DNA from: Candidatus Latescibacterota bacterium
GTDB taxonomy: Bacteria > Latescibacterota > UBA2968 > UBA8231
Length of the DNA stretch: 64,000 bases
Assembly (NCBI GenBank): GCA_965204725.1
Contig: OZ242005.1
Location: forward strand, 4,832,001 to 4,896,000
Direction of reading: 5' to 3'
Part shown: positions 45,896-55,764 of the stretch, in pieces
How the letters are laid out: each line of letters starts with the position of its first letter
Position numbering within the stretch: position 1 is the first letter of the stretch
Translations under genes and position numbers: made by a program
The notes under the pieces: generated by a model
Databases searched by the model: none
Told to the model about the DNA's origin: nothing
What the model saw: only the letters and a program-made list of their open reading frames with translations

Positions 45896-48034
45896 ATGCG
45901 CGGTTTGCTCGTTGCGATTGGATTGGTGGTGGCTCCATTTAAGGTCTTGGCTTTAACATGGGATTTTGACGCGGGCACGACTTGGGGATGGGCAGCCCAA
46001 GAGAGCGCCTTCGGCTCAGACCATGGTACGACCACGGTGTACAGCGAAGTCGCAGATGGCGTCTGGCGCATTGCGCCGGTGCCGCACGGGAAAAGACCAG
46101 CCATTCGCTTGCTCTCGCCGCTGATTGGGGAAGACTCTGACCTGTTCGACTGGGTCACCCTACGGCTACGCATCATCCACGATCTCCCCACCGAGGGGGT
46201 CCTTGAAATGTCGTGGTCCAATGTCGAGTACAGACGCCGCAAGAAGGAAGAACCCAGCGTAGGGTTGGGATTTTTTGTAAGCCGTCCTCAAGTTTATTCC
46301 ACCGAATGGGAAGACATCACCATAGATATACGGGCTTTGGAAGCGGCTCCAGCAGGAGAGATCGATTGGGAGGTCACTTGGGAGGACACTCTCTTCCACT
46401 TCTTCTTAGACCTAGACTTATTGCATCTACACGACATACAAGAATCCAGCTTAAGCCCGGCGGCTCGTCCGACCTTTGTCGAAGTCGATTGGATTCAACT
46501 GACGGGTGCTGAAGAGTTGCTGCTGGGGGAGTTGCAGCCTCGGGCGAGCATCGTGGAGGCCGGGTTGCCTGGGACGTTGTTTGCGGAACCGCGTTTTTCG
46601 GTGTTGGGTCGAAATATCGGTAACCCAGGATCGCATGGTACTTTGGGCGATGTGGATGGCGATGGGGATGCCGATCTGGTCGTGAAATGGGAGGAAATAA
46701 TGGCGAGCGATGGCTGGTCCATAGCGACCAGCGATGGCTTGGGGAGCTTGGTCCCTACCCAAGAGGTCCTCCTCCCACAGGAGGCTTATTCGATTCCGAT
46801 GATTACGGGAGGCGATTTCGACGGGGATGGGCTTCTCGATCTGGCCTTTAGTACCGGTCGAACTATCGAATTGTGGCTCAACCGGGGCGAGGATGGATTT
46901 GAAACCATCCTACAGCTATCCGATAGCTATTTCATCGGTCTAGCCGATGGCGACGGCGATGGCGATGTGGACCTGTTGGCGGTAGAAGACCGCGACGACC
47001 TATGGTCTAACTTGACTATGTGGATCAACGATGGCGCGGGCGGGTTTGCCCACAGCGATCGGTTCGTCCTCGACACCGAAGAAGAGCTCGGTCGTTTCCT
47101 GCTGGCAGGGCAACCGGAGGGCGAGGCCGTGCGTGTGCTGTGGATCCGACCCTGCTGGAAGCCGCAGGGGCCGTGGCGGCTGACCCAGCCATGGGCGGCA
47201 AACGAGGAGCCACCGCTGTTTTTTGAGCTTGGGGAGGTCAACCCCTGCGACATGGACCTGCTGGCCGATCTGGATGGGGATGGAGCGGTAGAGTTAGTCG
47301 GAACGCCCGAGCGGAACCTGTTCCCGGGCTTTTCTCGGGGCAACACCCATCACGGTTTAGCCCTGTGGCGCGTGAACCCTTCGGGCGGAGTGGAACGCCA
47401 CACCCTGCTCGGTCCGCAGGTGATCGTGCCGTATTCGTGGCCTAAAAGTGGGGTCATTGCCAGCGACCTGACCGGCGATGGCCTTTTGGACTTGGCCGTA
47501 ATCAATACCAACTTAGCGATGAATCCGGCCCTGATTGTCTTGGTTGGCCAGCGCGATGGCCTGCCCGTCGTCGAAGGGCACTACCCCCTGCCCACCATCG
47601 GCCGCAGCCTGCTCGCAGGCGACGTCAACGGCGATGGGGCGACCGATCTGGTCGTGCTGGGGCGGAGTCAGCGCGGCGACGGCGGAGCCTTCGTCTTCCT
47701 CAACCAAGGCGTTCCCGCCACTGCCATCGCCGCCGAGACGACGACCATGCCTACGACCTTTGCCCTCGGTGCCAACTATCCCAACCCGTTCAACCCGGCC
47801 ACGACCATTCCCGTGTCGGTGGCGGTGGGTGCGGGCGAGGTCGATTTAACCATCTATAACGTCTTGGGGCAGCCGGTGCGCCGCGTGTGGGCGGGTTCGT
47901 TGGCGGCGGGCGAACACCGGCTGGCTTGGGATGGCCGGGACACGCAGGGGCAACCCGTTGCCGCTGGAGTCTATTTGTATCGGTTGCAGGTGGGCGACCA
48001 GACGCGCATTCGCAAGATGGTCAAAATTGAGTAG
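45896..48034 (+). CDS. Secreted FG-GAP/VCBS-repeat protein with C-terminal FlgD-Ig/T9SS-like domain (FG1)
   Basis: Signal peptide, repeats GDVDGDGDADL, GDFDGDGLLDL, DGDGDGDVDL, DLDGDG, SDLTGDGLLDL, GDVNGDGATDL; tail LGANYPNPFNPATTI...WDGRD.QG.PVAAGVYLYRL...RKMVKIE. Confidence 0.9.
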   Translation: MRGLLVAIGLVVAPFKVLALTWDFDAGTTWGWAAQESAFGSDHGTTTVYSEVADGVWRIAPVPHGKRPAIRLLSPLIGEDSDLFDWVTLRLRIIHDLPTEGVLEMSWSNVEYRRRKKEEPSVGLGFFVSRPQVYSTEWEDITIDIRALEAAPAGEIDWEVTWEDTLFHFFLDLDLLHLHDIQESSLSPAARPTFVEVDWIQLTGAEELLLGELQPRASIVEAGLPGTLFAEPRFSVLGRNIGNPGSHGTLGDVDGDGDADLVVKWEEIMASDGWSIATSDGLGSLVPTQEVLLPQEAYSIPMITGGDFDGDGLLDLAFSTGRTIELWLNRGEDGFETILQLSDSYFIGLADGDGDGDVDLLAVEDRDDLWSNLTMWINDGAGGFAHSDRFVLDTEEELGRFLLAGQPEGEAVRVLWIRPCWKPQGPWRLTQPWAANEEPPLFFELGEVNPCDMDLLADLDGDGAVELVGTPERNLFPGFSRGNTHHGLALWRVNPSGGVERHTLLGPQVIVPYSWPKSGVIASDLTGDGLLDLAVINTNLAMNPALIVLVGQRDGLPVVEGHYPLPTIGRSLLAGDVNGDGATDLVVLGRSQRGDGGAFVFLNQGVPATAIAAETTTMPTTFALGANYPNPFNPATTIPVSVAVGAGEVDLTIYNVLGQPVRRVWAGSLAAGEHRLAWDGRDTQGQPVAAGVYLYRLQVGDQTRIRKMVKIE

Positions 48035-48177
48035 GGTGAAGGCTCTTGAGCCATGGACTCAATCGCGGCTACGGGCCAGAAAGGAGGTTCTATCTCGTGC
48101 ATGTAGGTTTGCTGGTCATTCGGCAACCAAGACGGTTTGCTGATTCTTTCTTCTACCCTTTTGAGGAGGATTGAGTT

Positions 48178-48510
48178 ATGAAGTCTTTGCCTTTGTTCTT
48201 GCAGTCGGTGCTGATGCTGCCGCTGGTGGAGTTCGCCACGTCAACCAGCGGGCACGTCGAGCCGCGTGAGGGTTTGGCGCTGGGCTGGCTGGGCAGCGTG
48301 GTGGCGGGGCTGGCGGTGGTGTTCAGCACGGCCGACCAGACCCAGGCCGATTCCTGCTACGGAATCGCGGAGGAAAGCATTGGATATAACCAAACGGGTC
48401 TCCCATGTGCCTGGAAAGACGATGAACCCTCCAAGTATTGGAGGGATTATTATTATCACCATTCTGGGAAGCCGGGCTGTGTCTATCTGTATTCTGCATG
48501 CAGCGTATAG
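48178..48510 (+). CDS. Secreted 4-Cys mini-protein P2
   Basis: SD GAGGAGGA; leader nearly identical to P1; core DSCYGIAEESIGYNQTGLPCAWKDDEPSKYWRDYYYHHSGKPGCVYLYSACSV. Confidence 0.8.
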   Translation: MKSLPLFLQSVLMLPLVEFATSTSGHVEPREGLALGWLGSVVAGLAVVFSTADQTQADSCYGIAEESIGYNQTGLPCAWKDDEPSKYWRDYYYHHSGKPGCVYLYSACSV

Positions 48511-48620
48511 CACGGTCGTCAAGTTGCCCCGTCGCTGGATTCCCGGCTGTATCTATCAGCGTTCTACATGCGGCTAGGTGAGCTTCTGTAACGGCATACG
48601 GCAGTTGCCAAGACGACGCG

Positions 48621-48655
48621 CCCCTGTGGTACTTTCGGGCCAAGTACCACAGGGG
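48621..48655 (+). other. Conserved hairpin, copy 2
   Basis: Identical to 45799-45833. Confidence 0.75.
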
Positions 48656-48721
48656 TTGGCGTCCTTATGTCGCTTGAATAGAACATCCTAAAACAAATCT
48701 ATCACGCTCTGGAGGTTCGTT

Positions 48722-50851
48722 ATGCGCGGTTTGCTCGTTGCGATTGGATTGGTAGTGGCTCCCCTTAAGGTCTTGGCTTTAACGTGGGATTTTGACGCGG
48801 GCACGACTTGGGGATGGGCAGCCCAAGAGAGTGCCTTCGGCTCAGACCATGGTACGACCACGGTGTACAGCGAAGTCGCAGATGGCGTCTGGCGCATTGC
48901 GCCGGTGCCGCACGGGAAAAGACCAGCCATTCGCTTGCTCTCGCCGTTGATTGGGGAAGACTCTGACCTGTTCGACTGGGTCACCCTACGGCTACGCATC
49001 ATCCACGATCTCCCCACCGAGGGGGTCCTTGAAATGTCGTGGACCAATGTCGAGTACAGACGCCGCAAGAAGGAAGACCCCAGCGTAGGGTTGGGATTTT
49101 TTGTAAGCCGTCCTCAAGTTTATTCCACCGAATGGGAAGACATCACCATAGATATACGGGCTTTGGAAGCGGCTCCAGCAGGAGAGATCGATTGGGAGGT
49201 CATTTGGCAGGACACCCTCTTCCACTTCTTCTTAGACCTAGACTTATTGCATCTACACGACATACAAGAATCCAGCTTAAGCCCGGCGGCTCGTCCGACC
49301 TTTGTCGAAGTCGATTGGATTCAACTGACGGGTGCTGAAGAGTTGCTGTTGGGGGAGTTGCAGCCTCGGGCGAGCATCGTGGCGGCCGGGTTGCCTGGGA
49401 CGTTGTTTGCGGAACCGCGTTTTTCGGTGTTGGGCCAAAATATCGGTGACCCCACATCGCACGGTGCTTTGGGCGATGTGGATGGCGATGGGGATGCCGA
49501 TCTGGTCGTGAAATGGAAGGCAATGGCGAGCAGTGGCTGGTCCATAGCGACCAGCGATGGCTTGGGGAGCTTGGTCCCCACCCCAGAGGTCCGCCTCCCA
49601 CAGGCGGCTTATCCGGAGATTGCGGGAGGCGATTTCGACGGGGATGGGCTTCTCGATCTGGCCTTTAGTACCGGTCGAACTATCGAATTGTGGCTCAACC
49701 GGGGCGAGGATGGATTTGAAACCATCCTACAGCTATCCGACAGCTATTTCATCGGTCTAGCCGATGGCGACGGCGACGGCGATGTGGACCTGTTGGTGGT
49801 AGAAGACCGCGACGACCTATGGTCTAACATGACTATGTGGGTCAATGACGGCGCGGGCGGGTTTGCCCACAGCGATCGGTTCGTCCTCGACACCGAAGAA
49901 GAGCTCGGTGGTCGCCCGCTGGCAGGGCAACCAGTAGGCGAGGCCGTGCGCGTGTTATGGTACCGACCCTGCTGGAAGCCGCAGGGGCCGTGGCGGCTGA
50001 CCCAGCCATGGGCGGCAAACGAGGAGCCACCGCTGTTTTTTGAGCTTGGGGAGGTCAACCCCTGCGACATGTACCTGCTGGCCGATCTGGATGAGGATGG
50101 ATCGGTTGAGTTGGTCGGAACGCCCGAGCGGAACCTGTACCTAGGCTTTTCTGGCGGCAACACCCATCACGGTTTAGCCCTGTGGCGCGTGGACGCCTCG
50201 GGCAAGGTGGAACGCCACACTCTGCTCGGTCCGCAGGTGATCGTGCCGTATTCGCCGTCTAAGGGTGGGGTCATTGCCAGCGACCTGACCGGCGATGGCC
50301 TTTTGGACTTGGCCGTAATCAATACCAACTTAGCGATGAATCCGGCCCTGATCGTCTTGGTTGGCCAACGCGATGGCCTGCCCGTCGTCGAAGGGCACTA
50401 CCCCCTGCCCACCATCGGCCGCAGCCTGCTCGCAGGCGACGTCAACGGCGATGGGGCGACCGATCTGGTGGTGCTGGGGCGGAGTCAGCGCGGCGACGGC
50501 GGAGCCTTCGTCTTCCTCAACCAAGGCGTTCCCGCCACTGCCATCGCCGCCGAGACGACGACCATGCCTACGACCTTTGCCCTCGGTGCCAACTATCCCA
50601 ACCCGTTCAACCCGGCCACGACCATTCCCGTGTCGGTGGCGGCGGGTGCGGGCGAGGTCGATTTAACCATCTATAACGTCTTGGGGCAGCCGGTGCGCCG
50701 CGTGTGGGCGGGTTCGTTGGCGGCGGGCGAACACCGGCTGGCTTGGGATGGCCGGGACGCACAAGGACAGCCGGTCGCCGCCGGGGTCTATTGGTATCGG
50801 TTGCAGGTGGACGACCAGACGAGCACCCGCAAGATGGTCAAAATCGAATAG
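48722..50851 (+). CDS. Secreted FG-GAP/VCBS-repeat protein with FlgD-Ig/T9SS-like tail (FG2)
   Basis: Close paralog of 45896-48034. Confidence 0.9.
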   Translation: MRGLLVAIGLVVAPLKVLALTWDFDAGTTWGWAAQESAFGSDHGTTTVYSEVADGVWRIAPVPHGKRPAIRLLSPLIGEDSDLFDWVTLRLRIIHDLPTEGVLEMSWTNVEYRRRKKEDPSVGLGFFVSRPQVYSTEWEDITIDIRALEAAPAGEIDWEVIWQDTLFHFFLDLDLLHLHDIQESSLSPAARPTFVEVDWIQLTGAEELLLGELQPRASIVAAGLPGTLFAEPRFSVLGQNIGDPTSHGALGDVDGDGDADLVVKWKAMASSGWSIATSDGLGSLVPTPEVRLPQAAYPEIAGGDFDGDGLLDLAFSTGRTIELWLNRGEDGFETILQLSDSYFIGLADGDGDGDVDLLVVEDRDDLWSNMTMWVNDGAGGFAHSDRFVLDTEEELGGRPLAGQPVGEAVRVLWYRPCWKPQGPWRLTQPWAANEEPPLFFELGEVNPCDMYLLADLDEDGSVELVGTPERNLYLGFSGGNTHHGLALWRVDASGKVERHTLLGPQVIVPYSPSKGGVIASDLTGDGLLDLAVINTNLAMNPALIVLVGQRDGLPVVEGHYPLPTIGRSLLAGDVNGDGATDLVVLGRSQRGDGGAFVFLNQGVPATAIAAETTTMPTTFALGANYPNPFNPATTIPVSVAAGAGEVDLTIYNVLGQPVRRVWAGSLAAGEHRLAWDGRDAQGQPVAAGVYWYRLQVDDQTSTRKMVKIE

Positions 50852-50860
50852 GGAGCGGAC

Positions 50861-52243
50861 ATGCTGGAGATGTGCGCCAACCCGAGAAGAAAAGGACATA
50901 AGACGATGAGACGACCATGGAAAGTACCGTTGCAAAAAAATAGAAAGCTGCAAAGCTGCCTAGTGTTGTCGCTGGCCTTGCATCTGCTGGTGATCTTCGG
51001 CCTCACGCACCGCGAGCAGGTTGCCCAATTTCCCGTCCTGTCGCCGATCATGGTGGAGTTTACCAAGCACCCGCCGCCGCAGCGCACCCTCACCCGCCGC
51101 CAACGACCCCGGCAGCGGCCGTTGGCGCGGCGACCCGCCCTGCAAGCAGCCCCAGTCGCCGCGGTGCGCCCGGCCCCCACGGCGACACGTCCCCTGCCGA
51201 TGTTCAAGTCGGCGGCACTTAGGCTGCCGACAGCGGCCCTGCCGGATCGGCTGGTACTACCTGTGCCGGACTTCCCCGCTCGGCACATTGGTCCGCAAAT
51301 GCAGGCTGGGGCATTGGAAGGGACGCGGCAAGGGGCCGACGAGATTGACTTGGCCTTGGAACTGATGGATGTGCAGGCCATGGACACCGGCCAGCACCGG
51401 GCGATAGTGGTCGTCGATCCAAAAGACCGGCGTCAACTCAAGGGATTCCTCTATATGTCTGGAATCTACAGCCCCTCCATTGAACAGGCTGACAGTGAAC
51501 ATCACGGATACAGACCAAGTAGTTGGTGGCACCAGATGCCGCGCCGATTGGCGGAACGGCGGATTTTGCAAGGGTTGGCCGATGAGATGACCACCAAGAC
51601 ACAGGTTCAGGTTGAAGTGCGCGACGCGGTCCGACTCGACGATCCGCAGCTTTTGCAAATCCCCTTCGTGCTGTTGACCATCGATACCCTCTTTGAGTTT
51701 ACGGACAGTGAGGCGGCCAACCTCGGGGCGTATTTAACTTCGGGTGGCTTCTTGTCTGTGGATATTGGGAGCTTTTTGCAGGACAATTACAGCGACGACG
51801 AATTGGACATTCCGGCGGCGCGTTCTCTCATTCGCGCCAGCTTTCAAGCGGTGGGTTATCAAGAATGGAAGGATTGGCAGTTCAAGCGCCTAGCGATAAC
51901 GCATCCGATCTATCATTGCTTCTACGATATAAACAGTCTGCCACGTGGGATGCGCGATATGCACTTTCTAAACAGAGAATCTCCACCGCCAACTCCAGAC
52001 TATTTGGAGGGTATCGTAGTAGGTGAGCAGTTAGTGGGGGTGTACTCGATGCGTGGCTACGCCGATTTCTGGGCGGGAATCGCTAGGCAGGAGCTAGACC
52101 ATGCTTTGGAGTATAACTCACCCAGCAACTGGTTTCTGGCCAGTGCCGAGGAGCCGATGGTGTATAACTTGGGCGTGAACTTCTTGGTGTATGCGTTGAC
52201 ACGCGAGGGCTCATTGGCCCAACAATTAGTCGATGCGGGCTGA
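50861..52243 (+). CDS. DUF4159-domain protein with TM anchor and Pro/Arg-rich linker
   Basis: LVLSLALHLLVIFGL TM, Pro/Arg linker, FEFTDSEAANLGAYLTSGGFL..D, HPIYHCFYD, YLEGI, LGVNFLVYALT. Confidence 0.8.
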   Translation: MLEMCANPRRKGHKTMRRPWKVPLQKNRKLQSCLVLSLALHLLVIFGLTHREQVAQFPVLSPIMVEFTKHPPPQRTLTRRQRPRQRPLARRPALQAAPVAAVRPAPTATRPLPMFKSAALRLPTAALPDRLVLPVPDFPARHIGPQMQAGALEGTRQGADEIDLALELMDVQAMDTGQHRAIVVVDPKDRRQLKGFLYMSGIYSPSIEQADSEHHGYRPSSWWHQMPRRLAERRILQGLADEMTTKTQVQVEVRDAVRLDDPQLLQIPFVLLTIDTLFEFTDSEAANLGAYLTSGGFLSVDIGSFLQDNYSDDELDIPAARSLIRASFQAVGYQEWKDWQFKRLAITHPIYHCFYDINSLPRGMRDMHFLNRESPPPTPDYLEGIVVGEQLVGVYSMRGYADFWAGIARQELDHALEYNSPSNWFLASAEEPMVYNLGVNFLVYALTREGSLAQQLVDAG

Positions 52244-52297
52244 GGGCTATCAGAACAAACTTTGTGGGTCCTTTTTCTACCCTTTAAGGAGGAATGA

Positions 52298-52978
52298 ATG
52301 ATGCAGTCTTTAATGTTTGTTTTTAAGGCTCTCGCCCCGTCGTCGAGCGGGCACGTAGAGCCACGTCAGGTGCTGAGGTGGCTGAGCAACATGGGGGCGG
52401 GGCTGGCGGTGGTGTTCAGCACGGCCGACCAGACGCCGGCCGATACCTGCTTTGGGATCGCAGAAGGAAGCAGAGGGTATCACACAACGACGATTCCATG
52501 CGACCGGCAAGACCCTAAACTCGCCGAGTACTGGGAGGATCATTATTCCCACGATTCTGAGACGCCGGCCGATAGCTCTCGGCAGGATCATTATTTACAC
52601 CATCGTGGAAATCCGGGATGTGTTTATCTGACTTCTACCTGTGGCCCAAGTACGGCCACGGCCACCGCCATCGAGTCCGAGACGGTGATCACCCCCTCAG
52701 CCTTTGTCCTCGGTGCGAACTACCCCAACCCATTCAATCCGGCCACGACTATCCCCCTTACCGTACCCGCCGGAGCCGAGGAGGTCGATTTAACCATCTA
52801 TAACGTCTTGGGGCAGCCCGTGCGCCGCGTGTGGGCAGGTTCGTTGGCAGCGGGCGAACACCGGCTAGCTTGGGAAGGCCAAGACGCACAGGGCCAACCC
52901 GTTGCCGCTGGAGTCTATTTGTATCGGTTGCAGGTGGGCGACCAGACGCGCATCCGCAAGATGGTCAAAATCGAGTAG
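52298..52978 (+). CDS. 4-Cys mini-domain fused to FlgD-Ig/T9SS-like tail (P3)
   Basis: Leader SGHVEPRQVLRWL...AGLAVVFSTADQTPA; core DTCFGIAEGSRG...PC...YW...PGCVYLTSTC; linker; NYPNPFNP tail. Confidence 0.82.
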   Translation: MMQSLMFVFKALAPSSSGHVEPRQVLRWLSNMGAGLAVVFSTADQTPADTCFGIAEGSRGYHTTTIPCDRQDPKLAEYWEDHYSHDSETPADSSRQDHYLHHRGNPGCVYLTSTCGPSTATATAIESETVITPSAFVLGANYPNPFNPATTIPLTVPAGAEEVDLTIYNVLGQPVRRVWAGSLAAGEHRLAWEGQDAQGQPVAAGVYLYRLQVGDQTRIRKMVKIE

Positions 52979-53024
52979 GGCGAAGGCTCTTGAGCCATGC
53001 ACTACAATCGCGGCTACGGCCAGA

Positions 53025-53111
53025 ACGGTCTTTTTTGCATATCAGGCGTCATTCCCGCAAAAGAACGTCACCCCGTGCCCCGATATGGGGCGGGAATCCA
53101 GTCTTGAAGGA
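53025..53111. repeat. REP-like palindromic element, copy 2
   Basis: Near-identical to 7643-7729. Confidence 0.75.
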
Positions 53112-53128
53112 GGAGGGCACTACGAGAT

Positions 53129-54334
53129 ATGGAAATCATTCCGTTAATTCCCGAATGCGACGTAGCGGTACAGCGTATGCGAGTCGAACAAAATCGCGAT
53201 GTACGCACCCAAGCGAAGGCTTGTCTCCTTTTGGGTCGTTATTACAAGGAACAAGGAGAACTCGACAAGGCCGAAGCACTGTACCAAAGAGCCTTTGCGA
53301 AAGCACGGTCGTTGCAGGCGCATGACATAGAAGCCGATGCGTGTAGTGGCTTGGGGCTTATGTATCAGGTCAAGGGTCGGATGGATAAGGCGGTTGAGTA
53401 TCTCAATGCAGCCTTTGCCATCAATAGCCAACGCCGCGATAACGAGCGTTTGGCCGTCAACTATAGCAATAGAGGCTTTATCGCCCAGCTCCAAGGAAAA
53501 ATCGCAGAGGCCCAAGAGTTGCATATCCTCGCTCAGCAACTCCACACAGCGTTGGGGAATAGGGCTTATTGGGCTGAAGAATGCGGCAACTTGGGGCAAT
53601 TGGCACTCCAGCAAAACAAACCGGAGGAGGCTGAGGCTCACTTCCAGCAGGGCTTGAACGTTTGCACAGAACTCGGCGATCTGTCGGGCATTTCCGGCCA
53701 CTATCAGGGCTTGGGGCTAGTCTATCTCGGACAGCAGCGGTTGGCCGAAGCCGAAACCGTCCTTAAAAAAGGCGTTGAGATCGAGGAGCGACTCCAGCGC
53801 GACGAGGGGTTGGCTCATCATTACAGCGTTCTGGGGGCCGTATATAGTCAAGCGGGTCGATTTGATGAGGCGGAAGCAATGTACCGTCAGACGCTGGCTA
53901 TCCAACGAAAATTAGGCCATAAACAGTTTGAGGCTCGCACCTTGGGCGGTTTGGGGCAGGTGCTACGGGAGAAAGGTGCTCTGCAAGAAGCCACGGCGTT
54001 CTTCCAACAGGCTGGGGCACTGTTCGACGCGATTGGAGACAACAAAGGCCAAGCGATGCAAGCAGCTATTTTGGGCGATACTTATATGGACGTTGAAAAC
54101 TTTTATGCGGCTGAGGAGGCGTATCGGCAGGCGTTGCAAGTGTTCACGGAAGTATCGGACTTAGAGGCTGTCGCCGCCATTAAAGTCAGCTTGGGGAGGG
54201 CCTATGCGTCGAATCAGGCCCCTTTTGATGCCTTACTTCAGTGGCGGCAAGCACTGGAACTATACCGCGAACTCCAACGAGACGACAAGGTTGAGTTCGT
54301 AGAACAACTTCTGAGGACGAGCGGCCGAATGTGA
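53129..54334 (+). CDS. Tetratricopeptide repeat protein
   Basis: About nine 40-aa TPRs (LGRYYKEQGELDKAEALYQRA, LGAVYSQAGRFDEAEAMYRQTLAI). Confidence 0.9.
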   Translation: MEIIPLIPECDVAVQRMRVEQNRDVRTQAKACLLLGRYYKEQGELDKAEALYQRAFAKARSLQAHDIEADACSGLGLMYQVKGRMDKAVEYLNAAFAINSQRRDNERLAVNYSNRGFIAQLQGKIAEAQELHILAQQLHTALGNRAYWAEECGNLGQLALQQNKPEEAEAHFQQGLNVCTELGDLSGISGHYQGLGLVYLGQQRLAEAETVLKKGVEIEERLQRDEGLAHHYSVLGAVYSQAGRFDEAEAMYRQTLAIQRKLGHKQFEARTLGGLGQVLREKGALQEATAFFQQAGALFDAIGDNKGQAMQAAILGDTYMDVENFYAAEEAYRQALQVFTEVSDLEAVAAIKVSLGRAYASNQAPFDALLQWRQALELYRELQRDDKVEFVEQLLRTSGRM

Positions 54335-54454
54335 AGCGGCAAATTTTGGCGGCTCTCCCAACCACGAACTGGCGGATTTATGGACCGCGGGGACGGCTCG
54401 TTTGGTGGGCTAGGCGCGGAGAAGCTGCGCTACCGCACACGCAAGCACGATTTG
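54335..54454 (+). pseudogene. Remnant of the C-terminal Fis HTH of a sigma54 activator paralog
   Basis: GGCTCTCCCAACCACGAACTGGCGG...CCGCGGGGACGGCTC...GGAGAAGCTGCGCTACCGCA aligns with 41801-41922 with indels. Confidence 0.75.
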
Positions 54455-54490
54455 TGGGTCCTTTTTTACCCCTTTAAGGAGGAATGAATT

Positions 54491-55168
54491 ATGCAGTCTT
54501 TAACGTTTGTTTTTAAGGCTCTCGCCCCGTCGTCGAGCGGGCACGTAGAGCCGCGTCAGGGCTTGGTGCTGAGGTGGCTGGGCAGCATGGGGGCGGGGCT
54601 GGCGGTGGTGTTCAGCACGGCCGACCAGACGCCGGCCGATACCTGCTTTGGGATCGCAGAAGGAAGCAGAGGGTATCACACAACGACGATTCCGTGCGAC
54701 CGGCAAGACCCTAAACTCGCCGAGTACTGGCAGGATCATTATTCTCACGATTCTGAGACGCCGGCCGATAGCTCTCGGCAGGACCATTATTTTCATGATC
54801 CTGGAAATCCGGGATGTGTTTATCTGACTTCTACCTGTGGCCCAAGTCCGGCCACCGCTGTCGAGGCCGAGGCGGCGATCTCCCCCTCCACTTTTGTCCT
54901 CGGTGCGAACTACCCCAACCCATTCAATCCGGCCACGACTATCCCCCTTACCGTGCCCGCCGGAGCCGAGGAGGTTGATTTAACTATCTACAATGTCTTG
55001 GGGCAGCCGGTGTACCACGTTTGGAACGGTCCGTTGGCAGCGGGCGAACACCGACTGGCTTGGGAAGGCCAAGACGCACAGGGCCAACCCGTCGCTGCTG
55101 GAGTCTATTTGTATCGGTTGCAGATGGGCGACCAGACGCGCATTCGCAAGATGGTCAAAATCGAATAG
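54491..55168 (+). CDS. 4-Cys mini-domain fused to FlgD-Ig/T9SS-like tail (P4)
   Basis: Near-duplicate of P3; leader EPRQGLVLRWLG; core differs at EDHY/QDHY and LHHR/FHDP. Confidence 0.82.
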   Translation: MQSLTFVFKALAPSSSGHVEPRQGLVLRWLGSMGAGLAVVFSTADQTPADTCFGIAEGSRGYHTTTIPCDRQDPKLAEYWQDHYSHDSETPADSSRQDHYFHDPGNPGCVYLTSTCGPSPATAVEAEAAISPSTFVLGANYPNPFNPATTIPLTVPAGAEEVDLTIYNVLGQPVYHVWNGPLAAGEHRLAWEGQDAQGQPVAAGVYLYRLQMGDQTRIRKMVKIE

Positions 55169-55189
55169 ACGCATGAGGCAGGAGGGGAC

Positions 55190-55350
55190 ATGATGGAGAA
55201 GTAGGGGATCAGTTGGTAGGCGTGTATTCGAGGTGCGGGTACGCCGATTTTTGGGCGGGAATCGTCAAGCAGGAATGGGAGGCACTTGATGTGGCCCGGG
55301 AAGTCGTCGCTCTAAGAGCCTATGCGAAAATTGCGACCAGAGAAGCGACG
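55190..55350 (+). pseudogene. Internally deleted DUF4159 gene remnant
   Basis: GGACATGATGGAGA resembles the DUF4159 start (GGACATGCTGGAGA) and is joined to sequence encoding VGDQLVGVYSRCGYADFWAGIVKQE, matching the 3' part of 50861-52243. Confidence 0.7.
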
Positions 55351-55360
55351 GCTAATCTGT

Positions 55361-55622
55361 AAAAAGTTGTGCAAAAGTTGTGCAAAATTTGTTCAGTTGC
55401 ACAAGTTTTGAACAAGTTTTGCACAGAAAATCGCCGATCAACTTGCGACGACGCCTCATGTCAGCCCCGTAGAGAATTTTTTTTCGCTATCCAACACCTT
55501 GTTTTTCAATCCTTTAGGGAATCCTAAAGGATTTTTTTGTCCCGGATCGGCATTGTTGGCACGAAAATTGCAATAGTATTTGTAGAGAGGCGTAACGGAT
55601 ATGGAAGCCCTACTCAACGATT
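55361..55622 (+). promoter_or_regulatory. Duplicated enhancer, hairpin and sigma54 promoter, with the first 7 codons of the peptidase gene
   Basis: Repeat boxes 55361-55430, hairpin 55508-55533, TGGCACGAAAATTGCA at 55557-55572, ATGGAAGCCCTACTCAACGAT (MEALLND) at 55601. Confidence 0.85.
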
Positions 55623-55764
55623 GCTTTGGGGGTCATTCGTTTAATGGCTCAATCATCATGCTGGCCCAGAAAGGAGGTGCATCCCGTGCTCGTAGGTTTG
55701 ATGCTCGTCAGCAACCACAACGGTTTGCTGATCCTTTTTCCAATTACTCAAGGAGAATTGCGTT

